A stretch of DNA of 32,000 nucleotides from Aliivibrio fischeri ES114 (GTDB lineage: Bacteria > Pseudomonadota > Gammaproteobacteria > Enterobacterales > Vibrionaceae): the NCBI RefSeq assembly GCF_000011805.1, contig NC_006841.2. One strand, written 5' to 3'. Position numbers and translations under genes: made by a program. How positions within the stretch are numbered: position 1 is the stretch's first letter; the number at the start of each line of letters is the position of its first letter. The notes beneath the pieces are model-generated. The model saw nothing but the letters and a program-made list of their open reading frames with translations. It was not told the DNA's origin and ran no database searches. Shown piece by piece: positions 1 through 8,175 of this stretch.

Positions 1-1
1 C

Positions 2-496
2 CCACTACCAGAAGCGCAGCTTGACCGTTTCTTAATGCATTTGGATGTGGATTACCCTGGCGCACAAGACGAACTAGCCATTCTGCGTTTAAATCGTGGT
101 GAAGCCTTGGGTGAGCAAGCACAAAGACCACAACCATTAGCACAAAGTGAGATTTTCAGTGCTCGTAAAGAAGTGTTATCCATTTACATGGCACCTGAAA
201 TCGAGCAATACATTATTCGTATTACGATGGCGACACGTAAGCCTGCACAATACTGCCAAGAGTTAGCAAACCAACTTGAAATGGGTGTTAGCCCACGTGC
301 GACATTAGCGTTAGATCGTTGTGCTCGTGCACATGCATGGTTAGCAGGTCGTGATTACGTAAGCCCTGAAGATGTTCAAGCTATGGCTTATCCTGTATTA
401 CGTCACCGACTGCTATTAAGCTTCCAAGCGCAAGCAGAAGGCACAACGGCAAATAAAGTCATTGAGCGTTTATTACAAATGGTAGCGGCGTCTTAA
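2..496 (+). CDS. MoxR-family AAA+ ATPase, C-terminal part (5' end lies upstream of the window)
   Basis: The frame is open from nt 2 (PLPEAQLDRFLMHLDVDYPG...). LPEAQLDRF plus the following helical lid region is typical of MoxR/RavA-type ATPases. It is followed by DUF58 and VWA genes, as in Bat/MoxR operons. Confidence 0.85.
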   Translation, partial: PLPEAQLDRFLMHLDVDYPGAQDELAILRLNRGEALGEQAQRPQPLAQSEIFSARKEVLSIYMAPEIEQYIIRITMATRKPAQYCQELANQLEMGVSPRATLALDRCARAHAWLAGRDYVSPEDVQAMAYPVLRHRLLLSFQAQAEGTTANKVIERLLQMVAAS

Positions 497-544
497 TTTA
501 ATCAAGACACATTGCTAAACGTTAATTCGACATAAGCAGATATT

Positions 545-1504
545 GTGAAGAAAACAAATACACTAACACTGCCACCACACAGCAATGGCGTTACCTTGTC
601 ACTTAATGAGTTGGTTCACTATAAGAACCACTCATTACAGTGGTTACCGCCAGCACAATCTGTATGGTCAAAAATGAATGGCAGTCATCAAAGCCGTCAA
701 AAAGGCCGTGGCATGGATTTTTCTGAAGTACGCCAGTATCAACCGGGGGATGACATTCGCTCTATTGATTGGCGTGTCACTGCACGTACAGGAAAACCAC
801 ATACCAAGCTCTACAGTGAAGAGCGAGAACAACCAACCATGCTTTTTGTGGATGTCAGTGACACCATGCGTTTTGGTTCACAGCTTCTATTCAAATCCGT
901 TCAAGCTGCGCATTTTGCCAGTTTGCTAAGTTGGATAACCTTAGCTGAAAAAGATCGCGTTGGTGGGATCATCTTTGATGGTAAATCCACACTCGATTGT
1001 AAGCCCTCTTCTCGTCAGAAAGTGGTCTTACAATTTCTTCAAAAGATCATTGAGCGTCATAACACCACGTCATCAAATACAGAGCAAACGACAACGCAGC
1101 AAACGGATTCTTTTGTTAAAGGGTTACAGCAGTTACAACGTTTGTGTCCAAAAGGCAGTGAAATCGTCATCATCAGTGATTTCTACGCACTTACGGACGA
1201 TTGCAAAGCGATATTCAGTCAATTAAGCAAACACAATCGCATTCAGTTTGTGATGATAAACGATCCATTAGAGCAAGGGGTGACCCGTTTTAATGGCGTA
1301 GAGCATGTGTCTGATAACAAACGTTCAGCATGGTTAGATTTCTCCTCTCTTTCCACTAAAAATGCCTTACAACAACAGGCGAACCTACATAAAGCGTATG
1401 TACAAAACATGGCAATGCAATTGGGCATTCATTTACATACCCTATCGTCAGGTTTTCCTTTATTAAACCAATTAACCACAGCACAGGATAAAGGAAATAA
1501 TTAA
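545..1504 (+). CDS. DUF58 family protein (vWA-like fold, MoxR partner)
   Basis: GRGMDFSEVRQYQPGDDIRSIDWRVTARTGKPHTKLYSEERE is the characteristic DUF58 core. The start is a GTG at 545 and is uncertain. The stop overlaps the next start (TAATG). Confidence 0.85.
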   Translation: MKKTNTLTLPPHSNGVTLSLNELVHYKNHSLQWLPPAQSVWSKMNGSHQSRQKGRGMDFSEVRQYQPGDDIRSIDWRVTARTGKPHTKLYSEEREQPTMLFVDVSDTMRFGSQLLFKSVQAAHFASLLSWITLAEKDRVGGIIFDGKSTLDCKPSSRQKVVLQFLQKIIERHNTTSSNTEQTTTQQTDSFVKGLQQLQRLCPKGSEIVIISDFYALTDDCKAIFSQLSKHNRIQFVMINDPLEQGVTRFNGVEHVSDNKRSAWLDFSSLSTKNALQQQANLHKAYVQNMAMQLGIHLHTLSSGFPLLNQLTTAQDKGNN

Positions 1505-2037
1505 TGTCTTTATCTTCAACAGCAGCGCCAAATGCTGCATCACCGTCCGCCCCATTGCCTTTAGCGGATTTACATTTACCAGAAGCACCAAGCTTCTCGC
1601 TGTCATGGCAAGGTTACGGATTAATTTTTCTTATTATTGCTTGTATTGCTCTTCTTGTTTGGGCTTTTATGGCTTACAGAAAAAAACGACGCCTTCAACG
1701 GGTCGCTTTATCGGAATTAGCGAAATTAAAGCCAGAACAGACTCGTGATGTAGCAAAGCTATTAAAACAAGCTGCATTGAGTCATTTCTCTCGTCAGCAA
1801 ATTGCAGCGCTGCATGGACTCGCTTGGTGGAATTTTATTGAACAAAAGCTTCCGACAAAAAAACAAGCCAATGTTCACTTTGCTACTCGCTCAGAAATGC
1901 TAGAGAAAGCCTTATACGGCAAAGTGCCTTTATCTGAAACCAATCAGAAACGCTTTTATGATGATGTGCGTTACTGGTTGATTCATGCATTGCCTGCAAA
2001 ACAACAAAAAGCAGAGCAAGGAGCAAAACATGATTGA
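1504..2037 (+). CDS. DUF4381-like single-pass membrane protein
   Basis: It has a Pro/Ala-rich N-terminus, one hydrophobic helix (GLIFLIIACIALLVWAFMAY) followed by RKKRR, then ALSELAKL. Position and size match the small membrane protein between DUF58 and BatA in Bat-like operons. Confidence 0.7.
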   Translation: MSLSSTAAPNAASPSAPLPLADLHLPEAPSFSLSWQGYGLIFLIIACIALLVWAFMAYRKKRRLQRVALSELAKLKPEQTRDVAKLLKQAALSHFSRQQIAALHGLAWWNFIEQKLPTKKQANVHFATRSEMLEKALYGKVPLSETNQKRFYDDVRYWLIHALPAKQQKAEQGAKHD

Positions 2038-2995
2038 ATTTATGTGGTGGTGGGTATGGTTTTTATTGCCAATCCCATTGGTGATCTATTTCTTAATGCC
2101 AGAAAAAGAAGCTGGCGAAGCGATTCATTTGCCTCGTTTACCTGACCAAGGTGAATACAAACAACCAAATAAACGCATTAATATTGGCTTATTATCATTG
2201 GCTTGGCTTTTATTGATAGCGGCACTTGCACGTCCTGTCTGGTATGGCGAGCCTGTGGATATTCAGCCAGAACACAGAGACATGATGTTGGTGGTGGATT
2301 TATCCGGCTCTATGGCAGAAGAAGACATGAAAACCAGTAATGGTGATTTTGTTGACCGCTTAACCGCTGTTAAGCAAGTGGTGTCCGATTTTATTGACCA
2401 ACGTAAAGGCGATCGCCTAGGCTTGGTGCTGTTTGGTGATCACGCTTATCTTCAAACGCCTCTCACCTTTGATAGAAACACAGTACGTGAGCAATTGGAT
2501 CGTACCGTGCTAAATCTTGTAGGCCAACGCACCGCGATTGGTGAAGGTTTAGGACTGGCAACCAAAACCTTTATTGAAAGTAATGCACCACAAAGAACCA
2601 TTATTTTATTAAGCGATGGGGCTAATACGGCAGGTGTACTAGAGCCATTAGAAGCAGCGCAACTAGCAAAAGATAATCATGCCAAGATTTACACCGTTGG
2701 TATTGGCGCTGGTGAAATGCAAGTACGTGGATTCTTTGGAAAACAAACGGTAAATACCGCTCGTGATCTGGATGAAGATACCTTAACCAAGATTGCGACA
2801 ATGACTGGCGGACAATATTTCCGAGCTCGTAACGCCGATGAACTTGCAGAAATTTATCAAACCATTGATGCATTAGAGCCTGTGACTCAAGCAACACAAA
2901 CTTGGCGTCCCCATGAAGAGTGGTTCCGTTACCCACTAATGGGCTATTTGTTTGTTCTTTTCATTATTGTTGGAGTAAGAAAACGCCATGGCTAA
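2030..2995 (+). CDS. VWA domain-containing membrane protein (BatA-like)
   Basis: The N-terminal TM segment MIEFMWWWVWFLLPIPLVIYF is followed by a MIDAS-type VWA motif (MMLVVDLSGSM ... LLSDGANT) and a C-terminal TM. I chose the ATG at 2030, which overlaps the upstream stop by 8 nt, rather than the ORF-track start at 1985. Confidence 0.85.
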   Translation: MIEFMWWWVWFLLPIPLVIYFLMPEKEAGEAIHLPRLPDQGEYKQPNKRINIGLLSLAWLLLIAALARPVWYGEPVDIQPEHRDMMLVVDLSGSMAEEDMKTSNGDFVDRLTAVKQVVSDFIDQRKGDRLGLVLFGDHAYLQTPLTFDRNTVREQLDRTVLNLVGQRTAIGEGLGLATKTFIESNAPQRTIILLSDGANTAGVLEPLEAAQLAKDNHAKIYTVGIGAGEMQVRGFFGKQTVNTARDLDEDTLTKIATMTGGQYFRARNADELAEIYQTIDALEPVTQATQTWRPHEEWFRYPLMGYLFVLFIIVGVRKRHG

Positions 2996-4895
2996 TTTTA
3001 CTTTTCTCTATCCGATGTGGTTTTTAGCCCTCATACCATTAGTGGCTTTGATTGTTATTCAACGAAAAAACCAACATCACGGTGGCTTAATCGCCCCACA
3101 CATAGCAAAACAACTTGGCATGGTTCAAAAAAAGAACGGCCATGGTTTTTTATACGGACTCAGCGTTATTTGGTTTTGTGTGACAACTGCACTTGCAGGA
3201 CCAAGTTTTGGCTATAAAGAAACACCGAGTTTTCAGCTTTCTGGCGCTCGAATTCTTGTCATGGATATGTCTCGCTCTTTGTATGCGACGGATCTTAAAC
3301 CTAACCGTTTAACCCAAGCAAAATACAAAGCCAAAGATCTTCTTCCTTACTGGAAAGAAGGCATGACAGGGTTAGTAGCTTATGCTAACAGCAGTTATTT
3401 AGTAAGTCCGTTAACAGGTGACAGCAAAACGTTAGATAATCTCATTACTAACCTATCCCCTGAAATCATGCCTTATAAAGGGAAAGGAAGTAATTTATCG
3501 ACAGCAATCAATCAAAGTATTGAGATGATGAAAAAATCTGGCCATCAGCAAGGCGATATCGTTGTCTTAACTGACGGTATTTCTTCATCACAACTTAAAA
3601 AAGTCACTGTACTAATTGATGGTACCAAGTGGCGTATTAGTTTATTGGGTGTCGGAACCACTAATGGCGCACCTATCGAGCTGCCTAATGGTCAATTATT
3701 AACGGACAACACGGGTAAAACGGTCGTCGCAAAACTCAATCCACAACCATTACAGCAAATAGCGACGGAAACGCATGGTGTGGCGCAGCTTATCCAATCG
3801 GATAACAGCGATATTGATGCTATCGTTCGGTTAACCAAAACACCTTTAGAGCAAGTAACAAAAAACAGCGATACACAAGTGAACAGTCGTGCAAACCACG
3901 GATACTGGTTACTCTTCCCTATTGTATTGCTTTCACTATTTGCTTTTCGAAAAGGAATGATTTTAGCTTTATTGCTTGTATTGTTACCTGTAGATAAGTC
4001 CATGGCGAATACGTTGTTATCAAACGATTACAACGCTCACCAACAATATGAGCAAAAAGAATATCAAGCGGCCAGTGAACAATTCCAATCCAAACAATGG
4101 AAAGGAGCGGCTCAATATAAAGCGGGAGATTATAAAGGCGCTATTGAAAGCTTAACTGGCCTTAGTGATGTTCAATCACAATATAATCTTGCGAATGCAT
4201 TAGCGCAAAATGGACAACTTGAAGACGCTAAAGCTCAATATGAATCTTTATTACAAGCTAATCCTGACATGAAGGATGCTAAAACCAATTTGGATATCGT
4301 CAATAAAGCGCTAGAGCAACAGCAACAGCAACAGCAACAGCAAAACGATAAGAATAAACAATCGGATAAAAACAAAGACAATAAAGAGCAAGATCAGAAT
4401 AAAGATAAGCAAAACCAAGATAACAAAGACGGCTCTGATCAATCTTCAGATTCTAAAAACTCGCAATCTCAAGATTCACAGCAGAATCAGCAGAATCAGC
4501 AGAATCAGCAGAATCAGCAGAATCAGCAGAATCAGCAGAATCAGCAGAAGGATAAATCTCAATCTGAGAACGAGTCAAAATCAGATAAACAAGAAAAATC
4601 CGATGCTTCTTCTCAAGAGCAGAAACAACAAGCTCAAGATAAAAAGCAGCAAGAACAGAAAGAGAAAGAAAAATCAGCACAAGCAAGCGATAAGCAAAAT
4701 GACGCAAAGAAAGAGAAGAAACAAGCTCAAATGCAGTCTCAACAGGGTCAAGTTGATAGCGATGCAAAAACAACGGATCCACGTTTACAAAAACTAGAAC
4801 AATCAGGTGCTAAAGAAGACGAACTGCTTCGTGCCCTACTCTATTTACAAGCTCAACAACAAGAGCCACCACAAGCTTCTGAGAACGAATGGTAA
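2988..4895 (+). CDS. VWA + TPR membrane protein (BatB/BatC-like fusion) with a long Q/N/K/D/S-rich low-complexity C-terminal region
   Basis: An N-terminal TM is followed by a VWA-like segment (ILVMDMSRSL ... VVLTDGISS), a second TM (YWLLFPIVLLSLFAF), TPR-like repeats (YKAGDYKGAIESL, YNLANALAQNGQLEDAKAQYESLL) and about 170 aa of low complexity. The start overlaps the BatA-like stop by 8 nt. Confidence 0.8.
   Translation: MANFTFLYPMWFLALIPLVALIVIQRKNQHHGGLIAPHIAKQLGMVQKKNGHGFLYGLSVIWFCVTTALAGPSFGYKETPSFQLSGARILVMDMSRSLYATDLKPNRLTQAKYKAKDLLPYWKEGMTGLVAYANSSYLVSPLTGDSKTLDNLITNLSPEIMPYKGKGSNLSTAINQSIEMMKKSGHQQGDIVVLTDGISSSQLKKVTVLIDGTKWRISLLGVGTTNGAPIELPNGQLLTDNTGKTVVAKLNPQPLQQIATETHGVAQLIQSDNSDIDAIVRLTKTPLEQVTKNSDTQVNSRANHGYWLLFPIVLLSLFAFRKGMILALLLVLLPVDKSMANTLLSNDYNAHQQYEQKEYQAASEQFQSKQWKGAAQYKAGDYKGAIESLTGLSDVQSQYNLANALAQNGQLEDAKAQYESLLQANPDMKDAKTNLDIVNKALEQQQQQQQQQNDKNKQSDKNKDNKEQDQNKDKQNQDNKDGSDQSSDSKNSQSQDSQQNQQNQQNQQNQQNQQNQQNQQKDKSQSENESKSDKQEKSDASSQEQKQQAQDKKQQEQKEKEKSAQASDKQNDAKKEKKQAQMQSQQGQVDSDAKTTDPRLQKLEQSGAKEDELLRALLYLQAQQQEPPQASENEW
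4317..4343 (+). repeat. (CAACAG)4+CAA microsatellite encoding Q9
   Basis: Read directly: caacagcaacagcaacagcaacagcaa. It is in frame in the BatB-like CDS. Confidence 0.9.
4479..4550 (+). repeat. Perfect 9-bp tandem repeat (CAGCAGAAT)x7 plus one variant unit CAGCAGAAG, encoding (QQN)7QQK
   Basis: Read directly from the sequence. The units are identical at the nucleotide level and in frame within the BatB-like CDS. Confidence 0.95.
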
Positions 4896-6562
4896 TACCG
4901 ATGAAAAGACACTTAAACTACCAATCTTCAATAATGAAAACATCACTGATGAAGAAAATACTATTACTGCTTACCCTGACTATCAGCGGAATTTCGTACG
5001 CCAACGCCCAAGCGATTGCAACTGTTAGCAAAAACAACATTACTGAAAACGAAGTTATTCAACTGATGGTGTCAGTAGATAAAAGCGCAGATCAAAGTAA
5101 GTTTGATATTAGCCAGCTCGGACCGGATTTTCGTTCAGGCCAAGTCAGCTTTGGGAGCTCTCGTTCATTAGTTAATGGCGATTACAGTGTTCAAAGCCAA
5201 TGGACTGTATCGATTGCACCAACCAAAATGGGGATATTAACCATTCCAAGTATGGAGGTTGCAGGTGAACAAACAAACCCAATCAACATTCGTGTAAATA
5301 AAGACGCAACGGCACCAAAAAGCAGCGATATTATCAAAGTCAGCGGTGAGTTAAGTAAAAACGAATTGTACGAAGGTGAAACGGCACAATTTAATGCCAA
5401 AATAGCCATCTTTGCTGATATTCGTCGTTTAAAAGATCCAAATATCATTACTCCTCAAGGAAACGGTGTTGAATTTTCTCCTATTGGTGAAAGTAAACAA
5501 TATCAAACTGTTATTGATGGTTTACAAGCAACTGTGGTTGAACAGGTATTTAGTCTAAGCGCAAACAAAGCAGGTAAATTAACCTTTGATGGCTTGGCTT
5601 TTACGGGAGGATTAATACAAACCGATCGTTACGGTCGTAGCACCAAGTTAATTCCATTAAACATAAACCCAAAACAATACTCAATTAATGTATTAACTAA
5701 ACCATCTGATTACAAAGGAACATGGTTACCAACCAGTGATTTGAAACTAGGTCAGCAATGGCTCGTTGATGGCAAAGTCCTAACCAACACAGAGGTTGAA
5801 GCTGGCACAGCCATTACTCGCCAAATCACCCTAATGATGGCTGATGTCCCACCAGAAAAGTTGCCATCTATTGATATTAGTTATCCAAAATCAGTTCGTA
5901 TGTACGACGAAAAGCCGACCATTGGTAAAGACAGCCAAGGGAATAGTGTGATGACCATTAAACAAGTGATCATTCCACATACATCGGGCCAAGTTAAATT
6001 ACCAGCGGTATCGATTCAATGGTGGAACAGTAAAACGCACAAAGCAGAAGTCGCAAAATTAGATTCATTAATGCTAACCGTGACACCAAACAGTCAAAAA
6101 ACCGAACAAACGATCAAGCAACAAACAAATGAGCAATCGAAGACCGTAATAAAACGAGAAGTTGATCACGGTATTTGGCCTTATACCACCCTAGGTTTTG
6201 CTATTTTATGGCTATTAACACTTATTGCTTGGTATAAAGCACGAAACAGTGTGAGCAAAGAAACATTAACGGTTACATCGAATCATGCTATATCAAATAG
6301 TGATATTTCTATATTAATTACGGCACTTAAATCAGACAATACAATACTTGCACACCAGATCATTCAAGACCATGCTGATGACTGGAAAGCAAAAGGAATC
6401 GATACAGATAAAGTCAAAGTGCTCATTGAGAAATTAAGCCATGCTAAATACTCAAGCAAATCAGAAAACACTGATAAAGAAAGGCTTATTAAAGAGGTAA
6501 CTCAACAATTAAAGGTGAGTAAAAAATCAAAATCAAGCCCAGCAGAACTTGAAGCATTATAG
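4889..6562 (+). CDS. BatD-like (oxygen-tolerance family) membrane-anchored periplasmic protein
   Basis: It has a signal peptide (MKKILLLLTLTISGISYANAQA), a long beta-rich ectodomain, one C-terminal TM (WPYTTLGFAILWLLTLIAWY) and a cytoplasmic tail. It is the last gene of the MoxR/VWA operon. The start is ambiguous among ATGs at 4889, 4901, 4934 and 4949. Confidence 0.75.
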   Translation: MVIPMKRHLNYQSSIMKTSLMKKILLLLTLTISGISYANAQAIATVSKNNITENEVIQLMVSVDKSADQSKFDISQLGPDFRSGQVSFGSSRSLVNGDYSVQSQWTVSIAPTKMGILTIPSMEVAGEQTNPINIRVNKDATAPKSSDIIKVSGELSKNELYEGETAQFNAKIAIFADIRRLKDPNIITPQGNGVEFSPIGESKQYQTVIDGLQATVVEQVFSLSANKAGKLTFDGLAFTGGLIQTDRYGRSTKLIPLNINPKQYSINVLTKPSDYKGTWLPTSDLKLGQQWLVDGKVLTNTEVEAGTAITRQITLMMADVPPEKLPSIDISYPKSVRMYDEKPTIGKDSQGNSVMTIKQVIIPHTSGQVKLPAVSIQWWNSKTHKAEVAKLDSLMLTVTPNSQKTEQTIKQQTNEQSKTVIKREVDHGIWPYTTLGFAILWLLTLIAWYKARNSVSKETLTVTSNHAISNSDISILITALKSDNTILAHQIIQDHADDWKAKGIDTDKVKVLIEKLSHAKYSSKSENTDKERLIKEVTQQLKVSKKSKSSPAELEAL

Positions 6563-6585
6563 ACTTTAACTGCATAAATGAATTT

Positions 6586-6612
6586 AAGGCTGGCTATGTG
6601 TCAGCCTTTTTA
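6586..6612 (+). terminator. Rho-independent terminator of the Bat-like operon
   Basis: The stem aaggctg / cagcctt is followed by a T-run (aaggctggctatgtgtcagccttttt), 24 nt after the stop. Confidence 0.75.
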
Positions 6613-6911
6613 ATCTCTCACCACACCCCAGCACTTCCACTCTTTCTTAATCTCATCCAGATAAGTACTTTCTTCGTATTTGTAATTTTTCACTAATGGT
6701 TTGCGCAAACGATCACGCTCAAATATTCAGATAAAAATGGATGTATCTTCACACAATGTTCGATTTACCATTGACTTATTCGATGGAAAGCTCAATTATC
6801 ACCTTATCAAATGTTCACTACCATCGCATTTGCTCAAACAAGCACAGATGGAAGCGAGACGGACTTTAAAAGAATGTGCTAAATCGCATATGACAAGTAA
6901 GGGTAAGTAGT

Positions 6912-7862
6912 ATGACAACTAAACTAGAACAACTTCGTAAACTAACAACAGTAGTAGCTGACACGGGTGACATTGAAGCAATCGCAAAGTACACGCCTGA
7001 AGATGCAACAACGAACCCTTCTCTAATTCTAAAAGCGGCAGAAATTACTGAATACGCACCACTAATCGATGCGTCGATTGAATACGCTAAAGCGCAAAGC
7101 AACGACAAAGCACAGCAAGTTCAAGATACTTGCGACATGCTTGCAGTTAACATCGGTAAAGAAATTCTTAAAGTCGTACCTGGCCGTATCTCAACAGAAG
7201 TAGATGCTCGTCTTTCTTACGATACTGAAGGCAGTGTGGCAAAAGCACGTCAACTGATCAAAATGTACAACGATGCAGGCATTACTAATGACCGTATCCT
7301 TATCAAACTGGCTTCTACTTGGGAAGGCATCCGTGCTGCAGAGATCCTAGAAAAAGAAGGTATCAACTGTAACCTAACTCTTCTATTCTCTTTCGCTCAA
7401 GCTCGCGCATGTGCTGAAGCTGGTGTTTACCTGATTTCTCCATTTGTTGGTCGTATCATGGACTGGTACAAAGCGAAAGAAGGTCGTGACTTTGAGCCAA
7501 GCGAAGATCCAGGTGTTGTTTCAGTTACTGGTATTTACAACTACTACAAAGAACACGGCTACAACACAGTTGTGATGGGTGCAAGCTTCCGTAACATTGG
7601 TGAAATCCTTGAATTAGCAGGCTGTGACCGCCTAACAATTAGCCCTAACCTACTTCAAGAACTTGAAGAAGCAACAGGTGAAGTGGTTGAGAAACTGGTT
7701 GATACAAACGGCAACAAAGCCCGTCCTGCAGCAATGACTCACGCAGAGTTCCTATGGGATCATAACCAAGACGCAATGGCGGTTGAGAAACTGGCTGAAG
7801 GTATCCGTAACTTTGCGGTTGACCAAGGTAAATTAGAAGCAATGATTGCAACTAAGCTTTAA
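6912..7862 (+). CDS. talB: Transaldolase B
   Basis: It is near-colinear with E. coli TalB as I recall it ([71 protein letters not shown]). SD is aagggtaag. Confidence 0.97.
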   Translation: MTTKLEQLRKLTTVVADTGDIEAIAKYTPEDATTNPSLILKAAEITEYAPLIDASIEYAKAQSNDKAQQVQDTCDMLAVNIGKEILKVVPGRISTEVDARLSYDTEGSVAKARQLIKMYNDAGITNDRILIKLASTWEGIRAAEILEKEGINCNLTLLFSFAQARACAEAGVYLISPFVGRIMDWYKAKEGRDFEPSEDPGVVSVTGIYNYYKEHGYNTVVMGASFRNIGEILELAGCDRLTISPNLLQELEEATGEVVEKLVDTNGNKARPAAMTHAEFLWDHNQDAMAVEKLAEGIRNFAVDQGKLEAMIATKL

Positions 7863-7868
7863 TTTCTA

Positions 7869-8141
7869 GGTTTCAGATCGGTCGGCAAGCTCCCTTGCAG
7901 AATTCAGGGGGGTTTGCATTTATACCAATGCAAGTAATTAGATGACCTATTTATTACGCAGGAAAATCACTTAAGAGTAAGGCAAAAAATCTTATAAGTA
8001 GTTAGTCTACAATAATAATTTTTAACGCAACTATTGAGTTATTTAACCAGTAATAATAATCAGATAATTAATGGAATTGGTATTAGTTCAAAAGTCACCA
8101 CAAACACCTCTGAACCCTTTAAGCGAAGCGATCTGAACCCT
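7869..8141. repeat. Imperfect inverted-repeat arms (7869-7916 vs 8101-8140) enclosing an AT-rich core of about 185 bp in the talB-tktA spacer
   Basis: Outer block: ggtttcagatcg (7869-7880) vs the reverse complement of cgatctgaaccc (8129-8140), 11/12. Inner block: ttcaggggggtttg (7903-7916) vs the reverse complement of caaacacctctgaa (8101-8114), 12/14. There is also a 10-nt direct repeat tctgaaccct at 8109 and 8132, and a local hairpin ttgcatt/aatgcaa at 7914-7934. Confidence 0.4.
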
Positions 8142-8175
8142 GCTCTATTCTTTTCAAATATTCGAGTTAAACATT

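Noticed and set aside
4453-4782. A 109-aa minus-strand ORF containing (SAD)n repeats
   Set aside because: It is simply the antisense reading of the CAGCAGAAT repeat and the low-complexity region of the BatB-like gene. It has no independent start context, and the plus-strand frame is continuous with a recognisable VWA/TPR protein.
6614-6800. A minus-strand reading frame giving protein-like text (...KNYKYEESTYLDEIKKEWKCWGVVRD*), considered as a possible gene remnant
   Set aside because: The frame is only about 60 codons long, is interrupted by an in-frame TGA, and lacks a credible start or SD. That is not distinguishable from chance in AT-rich DNA without a database hit.
6701-6910. A 69-aa plus-strand ORF directly upstream of talB
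   Set aside because: It starts with a non-ATG codon, has no SD and no recognisable motifs, and lies where the talB promoter and leader are expected. It is most likely a chance ORF.
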